The notes under the pieces are model-generated. The model made no database searches. It saw nothing but the letters and a program-made list of their open reading frames with translations, and was not told the origin of the DNA. From Psammoneis japonica (taxonomy: Eukaryota): 64,000 bases of DNA. Position numbers and translations under genes: made by a program. The stretch is taken from assembly GCA_008632985.1 (NCBI GenBank), contig QPGO01000038.1, forward strand, positions 459,939-523,938, in the 5' to 3' direction. Positions 25,345 through 38,985 of the stretch are shown one piece after another. Numbering within the stretch: position 1 is the first letter of the stretch; each line of letters starts with the position of its first letter.

Positions 25345-26568
25345 TTAGGAAGCACCGGAGCCGACAATCTGGCTGGCAAACTTGCGAGCCCCATCACGCG
25401 AAAGTTCTGCGTTCGATCGATCAACAACATCACAACGAGTCTCAATCTCTTCTGGTGTGTACCCCTGAATAAAAGGTAGAAGGGACAAGGAGTAGTAATG
25501 TTAGAAATACCGCAAAATCCATCTTATGCATATATAGGCAGGCAGCATCAAATTATCCACTTGCCGGAATGCACTTGTTTCGCTCTTTCAGTCGTTCAAT
25601 GCATGCATCAACATCGGCGTCAATGTAGATTGTCCAGTCAAAGAAACTCTTGATGTTTTCCCATCCGTCATTGTCATGCAGCAGATAAATTCCCTCACAA
25701 ATGACAATGTTGTGACGAGAACGATCAAATGTGTGTTGATTTGGCACGGGGTCCCCTTTGGCGTGATCAAAGCCCGGTATCGTGACGGTCGTTTCATTCC
25801 CCGACCGAATGCGCTCCAATGCGACGGACAGCCCTTGGGGATCAAAGGTATCTGGGGCTCCTCGTCTATAAATCATATCCGGCGCATTTGACATCTGGCC
25901 AAGTGTTTCTAATGAAAGGTGGAATCCATCCATGGGCATGACAATGGCTTCTTTTTCCGAGTCAGTAGTGTTGAGCAGAGCAGCCAAAATCTCTGCTGAT
26001 GTGCTTTTCCCACTTCCAGGGATTCCCACTAATCCAATCATCAGGGGGCGATTGGGATTACTAAGACGAACCATGTGCGATAAGAGCTCAGCTGCAGTCG
26101 GTTCCCATGTAACGAGATTGCTGGCAATCTTGGCTGTGGCAGGGTTCATGTAAAGCGATGCCGAAACGGCGGCTTCTTCGAGCTCTGGCTGGTTGACAGA
26201 GGCACCTTCAGAAGCAATTTCTGGAGGAGACAGAGCCGTTTCGTTTTCTAACAAGACTCGTTCAATATCTTCAGTCAACGTTTCCTTGTCGAGATCGGCA
26301 GGAGGTTCTGGCAGATCATTTTCAATGGCAATAATGACCTCTTCATCTTCTGCTACAACTTCTTCTACTGCTGGCTCGAAAATTTCCGCCTCCTGCAGAG
26401 CTTCTACGGCCTCTTCCACGTCGGTCACCTGCACTGTCGTTTCTGGCGGCGCAGCAAATAGTCGAGGGCTTCTGGTCCCAAAAGCGCGTCGCCCCCCACA
26501 AACAGGGAAACCAAGGAAAAAAAGAGCGCAGCACGACTGCAGCAGCTGGTGAGGTTCGAATAGCCCAT
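25345..26568 (-). CDS. P-loop kinase (uridine/pantothenate kinase-like, YggC-type), probably plastid-targeted; GC-AG intron 25564-25465; apparent frameshift near 26485
   Basis: Walker A GIPGSGKST plus PMDGFH, RRGAPDTFD and EGIYLL. The splice joins NKCIP to GYTPEEIE, with a stop at 25345. Confidence 0.85.
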
Positions 26569-26866
26569 CCTTCTCTCAATCTGAACGAAAAGTGGCCACT
26601 TCACCGCCACGCACTGACGTTGTGGATGGCGGATGGAGAAGAGGAATGCGAGTCGTGCTTCCACGTCAGCAAAACCTACTTCTCATCATGGTCGTCGCTC
26701 CGTCGCCCGCGCCCTCATCCACGCCCGCTTGCCGACTTTACGCAGGCTCTTGCACAAATTCTATGCAGGGACAAATAAACCCGTTGGGCTCAGTTTTGTT
26801 TGATTGCCGACAAACGCCAACAAGGCGTTGACGATGGCGACGGTGCAACATCTCAACGGCTTACAT

Positions 26867-26959
26867 GTGATCTGGCCCCAGGTCCATGCCTTGAATCTAT
26901 GTTGGTGTTCGTGCGATCTGGCCCCAGGTCAATGCCTTGAATCTGTGGTTGTTGTGTTC
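26867..26959. repeat. Two-copy ~46-bp tandem repeat at the gene/TE boundary
   Basis: gatctggccccaggtc(c/a)atgccttgaatct occurs twice, followed by AT in copy 1 and GT in copy 2. Confidence 0.85.
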
Positions 26960-27397
26960 CACTGAGAAAGCTCTTCACTCAGGAGTTGAATTGATGCACG
27001 GATGCCTGCAAGATTCGAAACAATTTTGACCAAAAAACGAGCATGATTCATGATGAAGTGCGATGAGAAGATGATGAGGCAAAGAGTCTCGCTGTGAATG
27101 GTGAAAAAGGAGAGTGAACATCAGCCAAATTGTCCACCCAAATTGTTGACCACCATGACTGCAAATCCTTCAACAAGAATGACAGCACGTCATGGTGTGT
27201 GCCTGCACGGCTGTTTGTGTTGACAAATCATGTGCTGCATTGTCATCTGCCGCTGTTTTCTGGACTCATCAGTGCTGCTGGGTGAACCACCTTTGTCTGT
27301 GCTTGGCAGCATGAAACCAAGATGATGCCAGGAGAAAGAGTGTTTGTGAGCACTTGTCTCTTCACAATGTTGGAGCATCAAGCTCGAGGGGACAACA

Positions 27398-27669
27398 ACA
27401 CGTGGCCTGTTCCAGCTCCAGGTGATCCGCTTTTCATCACGCGAGAGGCCGATTTTCTGCGGAGTTTGGCGCAATTGACTCCTTCAATTTTGACAGTTTT
27501 GAAAATCGAAAGGTGAGTGTGCACCCAAAAATGCATGTAAAGTGCACACTCACCCTTCGATTTGGCAAAAAACGGATTTTGAAAAAGTTAATTGCGCTAA
27601 ATGCACAAATTGCCAAATGATGGGAATCGAACCCGCGCGGATCACCTGGAGCTGGAACAGGCCACGTGT
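27398..27669. mobile_element. MITE-like element with perfect 33-bp inverted repeats
   Basis: acacgtggcctgttccagctccaggtgatccgc (27398-27430) and its exact reverse complement (27637-27669). Confidence 0.8.
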
Positions 27670-30213
27670 GACCCAGAAATGAAGTTGTGTCTTTTAAACC
27701 CTGACGTGGCACGTCAATGACTGTTCCATGAAGAATGTCTTTTGTCATTGACCATGATCTCATCAACCTTTTGTGCTCACTCTTTGGAGTCAATCATCTG
27801 GTGAAACAACAACAAGAACAACAAGCGGCGTCTGTTGACATCCAGTTGATCCATTGGCACATGTTCCACCACAACATGTGAGGCAAACCATGGCTGATGC
27901 AGCATCCTGGACAAGCATGACAAGTGTTGCAGGAAGCATTGTGGGGCTCCCTTTTGGCAACATTGACTTGCTGGTTTGACCTTGTGTCCAGTCCCCAGCA
28001 GTGTCCAAAAAGTGCCCCACATCCGGGTTTTTCTCTTGTGCGATTTGTGCTGTGAACTGCATGGGAGAAAGACTTTGGACACCCAAAATGCAAGGTTTGG
28101 AGAACAAAAACATTGTCTGACTTGCCCTTTTCCATTGATGATGCAAGAGTTGTGCCGATCTCAAGAGCTTGCATGCAAAAAATTCTGCGTTCAACTGGAC
28201 ACAGCAAGGTTGGCATTCACTTCAAAGAGGTGCTGGCACTTGTTGAGTGCACACAGATTCAGTGGAAGTCCACAAGGCCATCCACACCTGCAGGGAATGC
28301 AGAAAACAAGCAAAGAACCACATGACCAATGCAAAGGTTGTGGTGACAGAGGTGACAAAAGAGCCACACCAAGAACAAGAAGTCCTTTCAGCACGTGAGA
28401 TGAAGTTCCATCCTTCAACCCTGGACAATGATGCACCTGACGCAACATGCAAAGATGTCAAGAGGAAGATCTGCAGACATGTGCAGAAAGAATTTGAGCA
28501 GGGTGAATGCATTGCAAGATCACTGGAGGGCACAAAGCACGCCAACTTCACTTCAGAGACACTGACATCTGAGGACATTAAAACCATCAATGATCACACC
28601 TGACCCAAGCGCCAACTCAACTGTGAAGCACAACAAAGCAGGCTGCTTCAAGAGGGAGGCAGCAAATGCTCAGGTGGCACTGCAACTGTGCCATGAGGCC
28701 AGGACTCCCAGTGTTGGAGATTTCAAACAATTCCTGCATCATCTGTTCACTGTGCATTTCATGATCCGCACGAAGAACAATCGCACTCCCCACTGTTGTG
28801 TGCCACAATTTTCAAATCACCAGCTAATTTTATTTTGTGGGCACAATTTTCATGCATGAAAGGGCTGCAGTGCGCACACTTGTTTTTCCTTTTTGGCTGG
28901 CATGCGATGTCTTGCCATGCCATCTGGGTTGCCATTCTCTAGCCGCCCCCAGCTTGCTCTGCTGTGAGCCCACCACGAACAGAACACTGTTTTGACATTG
29001 TTCTCAACTCACTGGTTTGTTAAAAATTTCCATGATTTTGGTGTGTGCTAGTTTGATCACACACTGTGTGGGCATGTTGGCTCATTTCTTTTCTCTCACT
29101 CATCGCTTGGCCTTGCTCTCACCCTTCTGTCTTCCTCATCTGCACCCGCTTCTTCTCTCTCTGTTTCGTACGATTTGTACAATCGCTCCACAACTTCGCG
29201 CAATCCATCGCAGTGACCACATCTGGCAGTGTGCGCTCCACTGCAAAACACCCTCAATCCCAAGAGCACCTTGTTGCACACCACCATGTCTCTGCTCACC
29301 AGCGGCGGGCAATGTCTCTCTTCGTAAAGCCAGGGTGCCTCACAGTTGTTGTGTTTGGCAAGATGAACCACACTCACTTTTGTCTCTTGACTCAATTCCA
29401 CACCACCATCAACACGGGGCGGCAGAGCACACACAATGTGCGGGTCGCGGCATTCATTGTCAGCCTTTCTGCAAGCCAACACAATCTTGCAAGGCAGCTG
29501 CTGCGCAAGGTGCACCGGTGTCTCCAATTCCAAGTCCACCAAATTTGTCGTCAACATCATTTTGTCCATGTGCATGTTGCAACGGATCTTTCCCCTTTTT
29601 GTCCACCCTTTCACAAATGGTTTCAAGCTGAGCGTGCACAACCTGTCTCCATCCATGTGTCCCACCGCGACACAACAATTGAAAGCTCCTTGGTCGACAC
29701 AAGTTCTGTTTTTATCCAGTTTTTCATGCAAACTCATGGTCCGGAACTGTCCCTCAATGTGTTCTTTTTGCAACTTTTCCAACAGCTTTTTAATCCAGTG
29801 TTTCCGCATTGAAGGGTGTCTGGGATTGCCAAAGTTGCGATTCCAGCAACGCACTGCATTGTCTTGCTCCACTGATTCTCTCAAAGCATTGAGCATGTGC
29901 AGCAACATTGCTTTGTCAACTAATTGGATTTCCAACACCCGTCTGCAATGCATGTAGGAAAACACACATTCCAGGATGCCTTCGGTCGACGCAAAGCATC
30001 CAAGTTTGCCCAGTGGTGGGTGAGCTTGTTGTTGGCATGAGGAACACAACATGTTCGATCGTAGCACCGAACATCAGTGTGGACGGATTGTGGTGGTTGC
30101 AGCTGTGTGTCCAGTTCGATTCTGCAAAGTCTCCTGCCTAGAAATCTGTGGGTGGGCTGTTCCCCTGGGATTCCAGTCGTGCTGTTTGTTTGTCTGCATC
30201 CCTGGAAGAGTCT

Positions 30214-30388
30214 GCAAAATTTTAATCTTTGTCTGTCACCTCAATGATTTGATTCCTCACATGTGTGATGTAAATCAACACACTGTCGCTTAAAGTGAGT
30301 GCAAAATTTCAATGTTCATCTGTCACCTTCTCGATTCGATTCCTCATGTTCATGACATAAATCAACACTCTGTCATCAAAACAGGGTC
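30214..30388. repeat. Two-copy ~87-bp tandem repeat
   Basis: gcaaaattt..tctgtcacct..gattcctca..taaatcaacac.ctgtc repeated at 30214 and 30301. Confidence 0.75.
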
Positions 30389-30540
30389 AGCATTTTGTCA
30401 AATTATCCCCGCCATCACCAAAACAGGAGAGAGATTATGATCAATTCAATTTTTGTTGCTGTTGACAATGTTTTGTGTTTTTTTGTAGTCCCAGGTGATG
30501 CTGTTCACACGGGAGTGTTCGTGCTCACAATGCAACTGTT

Positions 30541-33500
30541 TTGCTGTTTTCTTCCGCTGCATGTCACCACCCACTCTGTGACAAACATCCTTCCTTGGTT
30601 GCCATGTCGTTGTTTTGTTCCAACTGTCACCACATGCATCATCTGCCAACCATCCCATTGGGACTCGATCGCCAAAACAACATGCATTCCCGGCAATGTG
30701 TGCATTTCCATCCCGGTCAGTGCGTCAGCAAGAGGACCTTGATGTGCAAGAAGGTCACTTCCATTGGACTCTCTCCCACTGACATCACTCGTGTGTTCCG
30801 CACTCTCAATGCGGATGGATTTCTCGACACACTGCCGACGGGACAAGCTTTGGTCATCCAGCCTGCGGCGCTGCACGAGTGTTTGACTGTGTGCAACAAC
30901 AAACATCTGTCATGTGCATTGAGGGAGGTTGCTGAGGAATTGTCATCGCAGACAACCAGACGATGGCAGGCTGCTGCCAGGAGAAAATCCATTGCCAGGA
31001 AAAGGAAGCGAGTGCGAGAACAAGATTTACAAAATTCAACAGACAGCGACATTGTCAATTCTGCAAGTGATGCAGGAGACCCTGCAAGTGTTTCTCAAGT
31101 GCCACTTTTGTGCACCAAGTCCGTTGTCCAACGATTGCCAGATGGAGGAACCGCTGACAACTTTTGCAACGAGCCACTTTTTGCCGATCAAGCCATTTGG
31201 ACAATCATTGCTTCGGATGCAGCGACGACTCATCAGACTTGCCCAACACATGCAACACCAAGAATGCCATTGTGAACAACAACACATTGGTTGTGGGGCC
31301 AGTCTTTGGTGACAAGACAACTGACATGTCCAACCAGGAGCGCAGAGATGCCGCAGTTTGCATGGCACTTGTGAATGACGGATTCAATGTCCACACCGTC
31401 AACTGCCGTCAAACAGACACCACAAATCCTAACCACGTGATGGCCGATGTTCGTGCTCTTGATCATTGCAAAAATTGGGCTGCCAATGAATGCGTCCACA
31501 ACTCCATGTCAATGAACATTGTGCCCAAATGTTTTTTCAACGACAGCATCTTGACAGATTCTTTTTTCAGTCAATCATTGACCCGCTTCTGTCAAAAGCT
31601 GTTGGACGTTGACAGTGTGTTTCTGCCTGTTGACAGGATGGTTGCCCATTGCATCTGTGACAGCTGGGCTGTGATTGGCAAAGTGTGGATTGTCAGGTGC
31701 CTGCGCAATGATCAGCTGGAGGAAATGCCTCTTTTCCATCCCTCTGTAGTTGCACACCTGCACCAGCACAGAAAGAATGGCACGCATCGGCATTGTGAAG
31801 ATTCCGGAGTGACATTGTTGGAGGTGCGTCTGTCGTTCAGTTTTTTCGCACAGGCTTGTCGTTTTGTTTGTTGCTGACTTCTTCAATGTTGTTCATGTGC
31901 AGATCAAGGACTTTGTCTCCGACAACACACATGAACCAGTGGCTTCATTCCCACAGGGCATTGCTAAAATCAACTGCACTGCTCTTGCTCCACGAAGAAC
32001 AAACAGCATGACTGCCCCGCTTGTGAGGTTGCAAACTTGTTGCAGGCAGGTGATGGTGTTGACGGCAAGGTTTGCGCTAGATGCTCCTTTGAATGTCTGG
32101 ACAGCTGTGCAATCTGTCCCATGTGCTGTCAGATGCCACTGCGAAAGGCTTGGAATGCCAAGTCCCTTGCAGACTGTGACCACAAGCTAGACGAAGCTCC
32201 AGTGGCAATGGATGCAAACTGCACTCACCTCGGAAGAAGGAACAAGTGCAAGAATGGGGAAAACAGCAAGGCGGAACCGCTGGATGCCCCAAATGGGCAA
32301 GACAACAAGCATTGGGGAACCACCTCGTTCTTCCCAATGGACGAGAAGAAGTCACAAGCACAGTTGTTCCCGGATTTTGATCTCACCAATCTGGAAAAGA
32401 TCAAAGCTTCGTGGAAAAGGCAGCTTTTGTTTGTTGAGAAAAAAAGTGGATGCCAAACTCAAATGCATTTCCGTTTGCACGTGAACTGGCACGCCGCAAC
32501 TGGACTAGAGTCAGCAAAGAAACTGGCATCGGATCCAGGCGGCAATGTTCGTGTGATTCCGAATTCGTGCAATCATCCTTGTTCCTCGTTGCACCCAATG
32601 GATCCCATCGTCATCAACGAACACAATGTTGCTGGCATTGATGCTCATGTGGACGGCAAACATGTTCTCCACATGCTTCAGTTGCCACCGGAGATTGCCG
32701 CCAAGGACCTTTTGTCTCAAACCACAAGTGTCATCAAGGATGGATCATGCACTGGACTCGGAGAGGAGTTTGTCACCCTTTCAAAAGCAGACAAACACAG
32801 AAAGTTTTGCTCCATGGACGGTGGGATCAACGCAACTGGTGAGAAATGGAGCAGAAAAAAAACTGTGGTGTGGGAGTGGCAATGCCGGGATGCCCACCAG
32901 GAGTCACCGACAGAGCAACTCCCAGGTTGCGCAGGTGGATGCTCCAGCTCTCTGCAATGGTTGTGCGCGGCATTTGCCGTGGGATGTTGGATGGAACGCA
33001 ACGATCGCAACAGGGTGTTGCAAGTTACATCCGACGAAGTGTCACCTCAAAACACCAAAAATGGCTGAACTGCCCAGACGAGCTGTGGGCCGTTCTGAGA
33101 GAGTTCCATGCACACACCTCCTCAATTGGAGAAGCAACTTGGCATTCAGATGCAAGCAATGGGAAGGACATTGATCACGATCACATGGGACTGGCCTTGC
33201 ATTTTGTTGAGGACTGGTCCATGCATCTGTCCCAAGAAAATGTGGACAAGCTCATGGAGAATTGTGTGCCTGTGAGGAACAGCCACTTTGCTCACTTGTC
33301 CTGCACAAGGTCGATCGTTGATGGCCAATTGAAGAAGCTTGATTTAAACATCAATTGTCCACATGCGGAGTCCCTGATTACGGCACTAAAGGAACATTCG
33401 GATGTCATCAATCTGTGCACTCTCAGCAACCAGGAAGAAATTGACGAGGCCACGGAAATGATTCTGTCTTTGGCAGAAACACACGTGATGTCCGACTGCA

Positions 33501-34598
33501 GCAAAGGCAGGTGTGTCAAGATGAAGGAGGGCAAGACTCAAACCACAATGCTTGGTTGCATCGCGTGGATGTGGACTCTGTTTTGTGATTGCTGCAATGG
33601 AGCTGTTTGCCTGTGACATGTTGCTGAGTGCAAGGGGTTGGTTTGCAGGGAACACAATGGAACACCTCTGCTAGTTTGGTCCATGTCAACCGCAATGTCC
33701 TTGCCGTTTTGTGAGAGAGTGCTCAAGGCTTTGACTCAACCAAGGTGCAAGCTGTTTGAGTGCATTGTGCGATCAGTGAAAGAAGCAAAATGTGGTGGTG
33801 ACCTTGGCAAGGCACACTGTTCCTCCCATCCAAGGTGGCAGAACTTCAGCAAGATCCCACATGACGGCACACCCGAAACAGAAGATCATCCACATTTGTT
33901 TGCGTGTTTTTTGGAAGAACAAGACAGGGTGCTACGGAACCCAAAATTGACAGAACAGGAAAAGGACACAGCTCGTCAGTTGACAACAGACGGCAAAAAA
34001 CGAAAGGAACTGGGGGTGCCAGAAAAAACAAGGAAAGCAGCAGCTGGGAAGTGCAAGAGGAACTTTGCACATCCAATCTGCCGCCTGCCTCGGTGATTGT
34101 CCAGCTGAGAATGCAACATTTGCTGCTTTAAATGATGATGACAAAAACAGATTCTATCAACACATCGTTGACATGGTGGCAGAGAGTTCTCCGGTTGGAC
34201 ATTCCAGTGGAATCGAGCTAGACGAGGCACGGAAGATGTGTGAGGCTGCGCGGCGGCTCATGCGAAACAACAAAATGTCAGTGACCATGGCGTGCATGGA
34301 CCAGCTGTCGAGCCACCTGCACCGTCTGAGGAAACATGGTTTGAAAGAGGACTTCATTTTCCTCCACGATGACGGCACAGTCTTTTTGCCAATGAGACAT
34401 GAGGAATTGTGCGCCACTGCTGCCAAGACACGTGGATTCAAACATGGGATCGAATTTTTCTTGGTCGACAAAGGGTGGGGACTGGAGGAATTTGTTGCAA
34501 AATGCGATCACACAACCAACCCGGAGAGTGTGTGGTCGCATTCAAATCTTGTGGCATTCCGCCAGAAAATGTTGACGGAATTCCAGAAAATCATGTGA
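30541..34598 (+). pseudogene. Long degenerate accessory gene(s) of unknown function, convergent with the Plavaka-like transposase
   Basis: Chain of successive protein-like + strand ORFs (244, 237, 343, 256, 152 and 177 aa) broken by stops and frameshifts. Confidence 0.45.
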
Positions 34599-34833
34599 GG
34601 AGAAAATTCTTGTTTTATGAATGATTTGTCAAACTTCATGTGCACTGCTGCCTCCCGAGCATGGGCCGCCTTTTAAAAAAAGGTCCGGCCACTCATTCTT
34701 CATGTCGATGACAAACAAAATCTTGTCGTCAGACACCTCTTGATTGGACATGGAGCTGGACAGGGACAAATTGGCTGGGTTGTTGCTGTCCTCTAAATTT
34801 TTCAACATTTTTGTTTGGTTTTGGGTCTTTCTT

Positions 34834-37800
34834 TTATTTTTTCCCACTGTCAAAAACGCCCATTCCGCCGCCAACGAGCATGTTCTTCTGACAATGCCCA
34901 AAGGTGCGTTTGGGTGACGTGCCCTCCATTTGCCAATGCTGAAACAAACCGTTCTTGCTCATTTTCCTTTCCATGTTGCTTTGCTCATGACAAGTCCTCC
35001 CAAAAGCAACAACTTCTTTTTTGTCGTCACTCAGAAGAAACCCATGCAATTGCATTGAAAACAAGCTGTCGGTTCCATCGTCATTTCTGCATTTAACACG
35101 TGCAAAGTTGTGCCATCGCCCACCCTTGCAGCAATTGGGGTGTGCCCGAATTTGCAATTTGTGTTCGGCCTGTAGATTTGGCTCGGAACACAGAACAACG
35201 TGCCTGCGCCGGATTCCCCACTGGTTGCAATGACACAGAAAATCAACAACATCGAGTTCTAGATGAGCGCTGCATTCCCTTTTCACCTCCAGGGTGGCGG
35301 TGCACTTGCAGCATGTTTTTTCGAGTTGGTCGACTGTGAAGGTAGCGCAACCCATGTTGTGGTGCAATGGTGCTGCCACTGATGAATCTTGAGCGGCATG
35401 TGGATGGACAATCAAATCATTGGCTCTCTCCAAAAGACTCTGTTTGCACATTTGGCTTGCAAGTTGACGTGTGAACTCTTCTTTGCCTTGCAATGCTTGG
35501 CATGTCTGACTTGGAAGCTTTGCCCATTTCTTTAGACCAGACTTGCCGGTTGTGGCATCCCATCCTGAAAACACACCCAACCGACAAAGAGCGGTGATCA
35601 AGTGTGGCAGGTTGTGGAACTTTGATGTTTTCCATCCATGTGTGCCTTCGCCACGATTGATCATGCTGCGCAGCTTGAACATTAGAAGCAGGAGGCGGCA
35701 TTTCAGGTTGGCATGGTTGGCGCGTGAATGCTGGGAAGAACCACAGCTGTAGAAGGAGTGGAACAACAACAATTTGTTGAGCAAAAGCAACAAGTGATCC
35801 ACATTGTTGCAGTCCACTGAACAACAAGCTGGCTCCAGGTCATTGCACAGGCTGTTTAGCCTTTGGCGGAATGAAAGAGGCAGCTCCTTTTCAATCTCTG
35901 AACATGCAAAAGGTGGGTCGTGAGAATTTGCGTTGGTGTGAAGGGACTGGTGTTGATCCGCACAGCATCTAAAAACATCAGAAACGGAGGAATTGTCATG
36001 GTTGGGGATGCAGAATTGACGATCTAGGTTGACATTTCTTGTTTGCATCCTCACAATGTTGTGACAAATGTGAGCTTGAGCCGTGGTCATCTGCGATGCA
36101 CAAGGACACATGTGCATTAGCCCGTGATGTTGACGTTGATCCTCCAGGTGTTCATTGTGGAGTGGGTCGTCGTGTTCGCATTCTTTGTCAGTGAAAGGCT
36201 TGTTGACAGAGGATGCGGAGGCATGCTGTGTTTGATCCACATGGGAAAGTTCCTCCTTGTCACTCTCTCCCTCTTCGTCTTGCTGATTTGGTTGCTGTTC
36301 ATCTGAATCACATGCGGACTCATCGTCGTCAATGAGCACATCATCGTGATTGTCGGAAACGGGCTCACCTTCTTTGCATGCATGACCATCATTGTCTTCT
36401 TCTTTGCATTCACAACTGCATTCTGAAGGCTGGTCATCGAAATTAGAGGCGCGTTTTTTCTTTGTCTTGTCAAAATCTGGATGGCAACGAAGACGGAGCA
36501 TGCTCCGTCCCTCCTTGGTCTGACCCATCAGTGTCAACGCAAACAGCTTTCCCATTTTTTGGTTGCAGGTCAAACCGAACAAGGTGCAAAAGCCATTTTG
36601 CAAGACAACCGGTGGAAAGTTGGATCTCTGACCTGGTCTGCACCACTGAGATCCAAACACGCGGTTTGCCAAATCATTCAGTCGGGATTTGGCGGAATCG
36701 GGCAAATCGTCTGCAATGACGGAGAGCATCTGAGGGACTGTGCCACCTTGGAATGTGTGCATTGGATTGGGTGACGCAAAACCAAACACACCCTGACAAT
36801 TGTCTCCCATCCGAAGACGAAAGAATGAATTGTCAACCGTGTGTTGGCCAAACACCTCATGAAGTGTGGTGGAACAAATGTTCATGCACCGGACGACTGC
36901 AATGCGTGCCTGGGAACGGATTGAATCGGCTTTTGACTCAGACGTCGCTGTGTCCATTTGTGATTCAACACACAGATGCCATGGACTGTCGGTGGAACCA
37001 GGTGGTGGTCCAAGGGCTGCTGCAGCCAAACGCTCCATCAGTTCTTGGGAAAAGCACCTGCAGCAATGTAAAGGTTCATTGCTGTTGGTCCAGGAAGCAT
37101 GACAGGCATGACCAATGCGGCAGGAGTTTTTGCGCCCAGAATCATGACCGGTGACTTGTGTGGCGTCAACAGCATCGCCCAACAATGTCACGCTGTGAAC
37201 AATGATGCCCTCACAACAACACTGATCGCCAAGTTGGACTCGGCAGACAGGAGGTGATTCTTGTGCTTGAATTACAGATGCCAGGATGACAGACAAAATT
37301 CGGTGATGATTTCTGACGTTCATCCCAAAAACGGGATTCTTTGTTTTGCAACCGGTGTGTTTTGGAACGAATCCAAGAGGACGCCATGCTTCAAAACGAC
37401 GGTGGGCACATGACTTGATGAGAGTCATAGAGAAAACAAATGGCTCCATCAAATGAGGTGAGACCTGTCCTTTCCCGGTTTTGTCAGTGCAACACAAAAC
37501 AAACACATGAAAGGAACCGGGGACAGCGGGAAAATTGCTGCCACGAACACAGTTCCTGTGAGTGTCGCCGTCCTTCATTTCGGCATCGTCACAAAGTTTC
37601 CAGTCACCATTCTCGTCCAACATGGGTTCACTGGAGAGCTCCTGAGACCAACGTGAATCGGGAGGAACATCAAGATTTGAAAGGTCGGCAAAAAGGGGAT
37701 CGTCAAACAGATCCTGCAGTTGGAGGGAAAAGTTGCACACAGGGATGCCAGGAGAGAGATCCTGAGGCGGGTTGGTCTTGAATTGGTTGATGATGGAAAC

Positions 37801-38568
37801 AGACTCGAGAGGAATGTGCTGCAACACCAGGGCCACAATGCTGGGCAACATTGACTTGAGCTTGGACATGAAAGTTCAAGAAGAGGGAACTTGTCTTGTG
37901 ACGGACAACCCACCACTGGAGAATTCCTCCTGCACAGTTCTCAGCAATTCATCTGTCACACTTGTTGGGACACCCTTGGAGCAGCACAAATTCAACATGC
38001 AGGCCATGGATGTTGTTTTGCAGTTGTGCACTTTGAGCACCACAAGGTCCTCGTCCGCGGAGAGGTGCCCAACTTGATCGAGTGCAGAAAAGGGGCCAGA
38101 TTCTGCAACATTGATGGCAGAAGCCTTGGTGTCGGAAACAAATTCTTCGGGGTCGGGAAACTGGTGTTCTGAAACATCATCAACGTGGGGAAGAATGGAG
38201 TTGTTGTGGGAAACACGCAGCTCTGGCGTGGATGAAGATGCACGATGGGAATGCGGCGGCCATGGATTGTGTCGGGTGTAACCTGGTGGAGATGGAGATT
38301 TGTTGGCATCGGGGCCTGCGGCGACAAATTCGAATGGAGGAGAGCCAAGAGCAGAAGAGGTGGCAACATCCACTTGTTCATCTGTTTCTCCAGTTTGGGG
38401 ATGTTCTCCATTGGCGGGGTGGGATTGACGGGAAGAAACATCATGAAGGCTTTGAGAAAAGGACAGTTTGCAGGGAAGATGAGTTCTCAGGTGGTGTTGA
38501 AGACCAGTTGGGAGAAAACGTTTGCCGCACACGGGACAGTCATTTCCGATGGCAAAGGGGGGCGCCAT
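34834..38568 (-). pseudogene. Plavaka/CMC-like DDE transposase relic with N-terminal C2H2-like finger
   Basis: CPVCGKRF...LQHHLRTH; CTDKTG...MEPFVFS...AWRPLGFVP; NPMH; GWKTSKFH.L.H; IRAHPN...W. The 230-aa and 1011-aa ORFs are in the same frame, separated by one stop. Confidence 0.7.
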
Positions 38569-38841
38569 TGTTCATGTTGTAGAAACGAATGAGATGAAAA
38601 TGAGTGGGACGAACCACGTGGCAGTGACGACATGTGGCAGGTGACAAGATTGTGTGGCATGAATCAACTCGGGCATGAGCGTGTAAGATCATGGCATGGT
38701 TTAATGAACAACATCAGTTGTCTGCACGCCGGTGTGCAGACTTAGCATCAGGCAATTAACAACACAGGACAAATCCGACTTTCTGCAGCAACGGAAAATT
38801 TGCCATGCTGGCTTGCATCTCAGATCAATGCCACACCAGAC

Positions 38842-38985
38842 GATGCAACGCTGGCACTCAAGGAACTGGGCCGATGCTTCAGGATGAAGCCTGGATCTGT
38901 TGGTGATCCAGAGATGTGTCTCGGGGCAAAGACCTGTGAAACCAAATTGCCAAATGGTGTCCATGCTTGGGGCATGAGTTCCAGC
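38842..38985 (+). repeat. Isolated copia RT fragment, near-identical to 56458-56601
   Basis: Encodes LALKELGRCFRMKPGSVGDPEMCLGAK...NGVHAWGMSS, as in ORF 56257. Confidence 0.9.

Noticed and set aside
29096..30067. F-box protein call for the 323-aa ORF
   Set aside because: The resemblance (ILECVFSYM) is too short and degraded to support.
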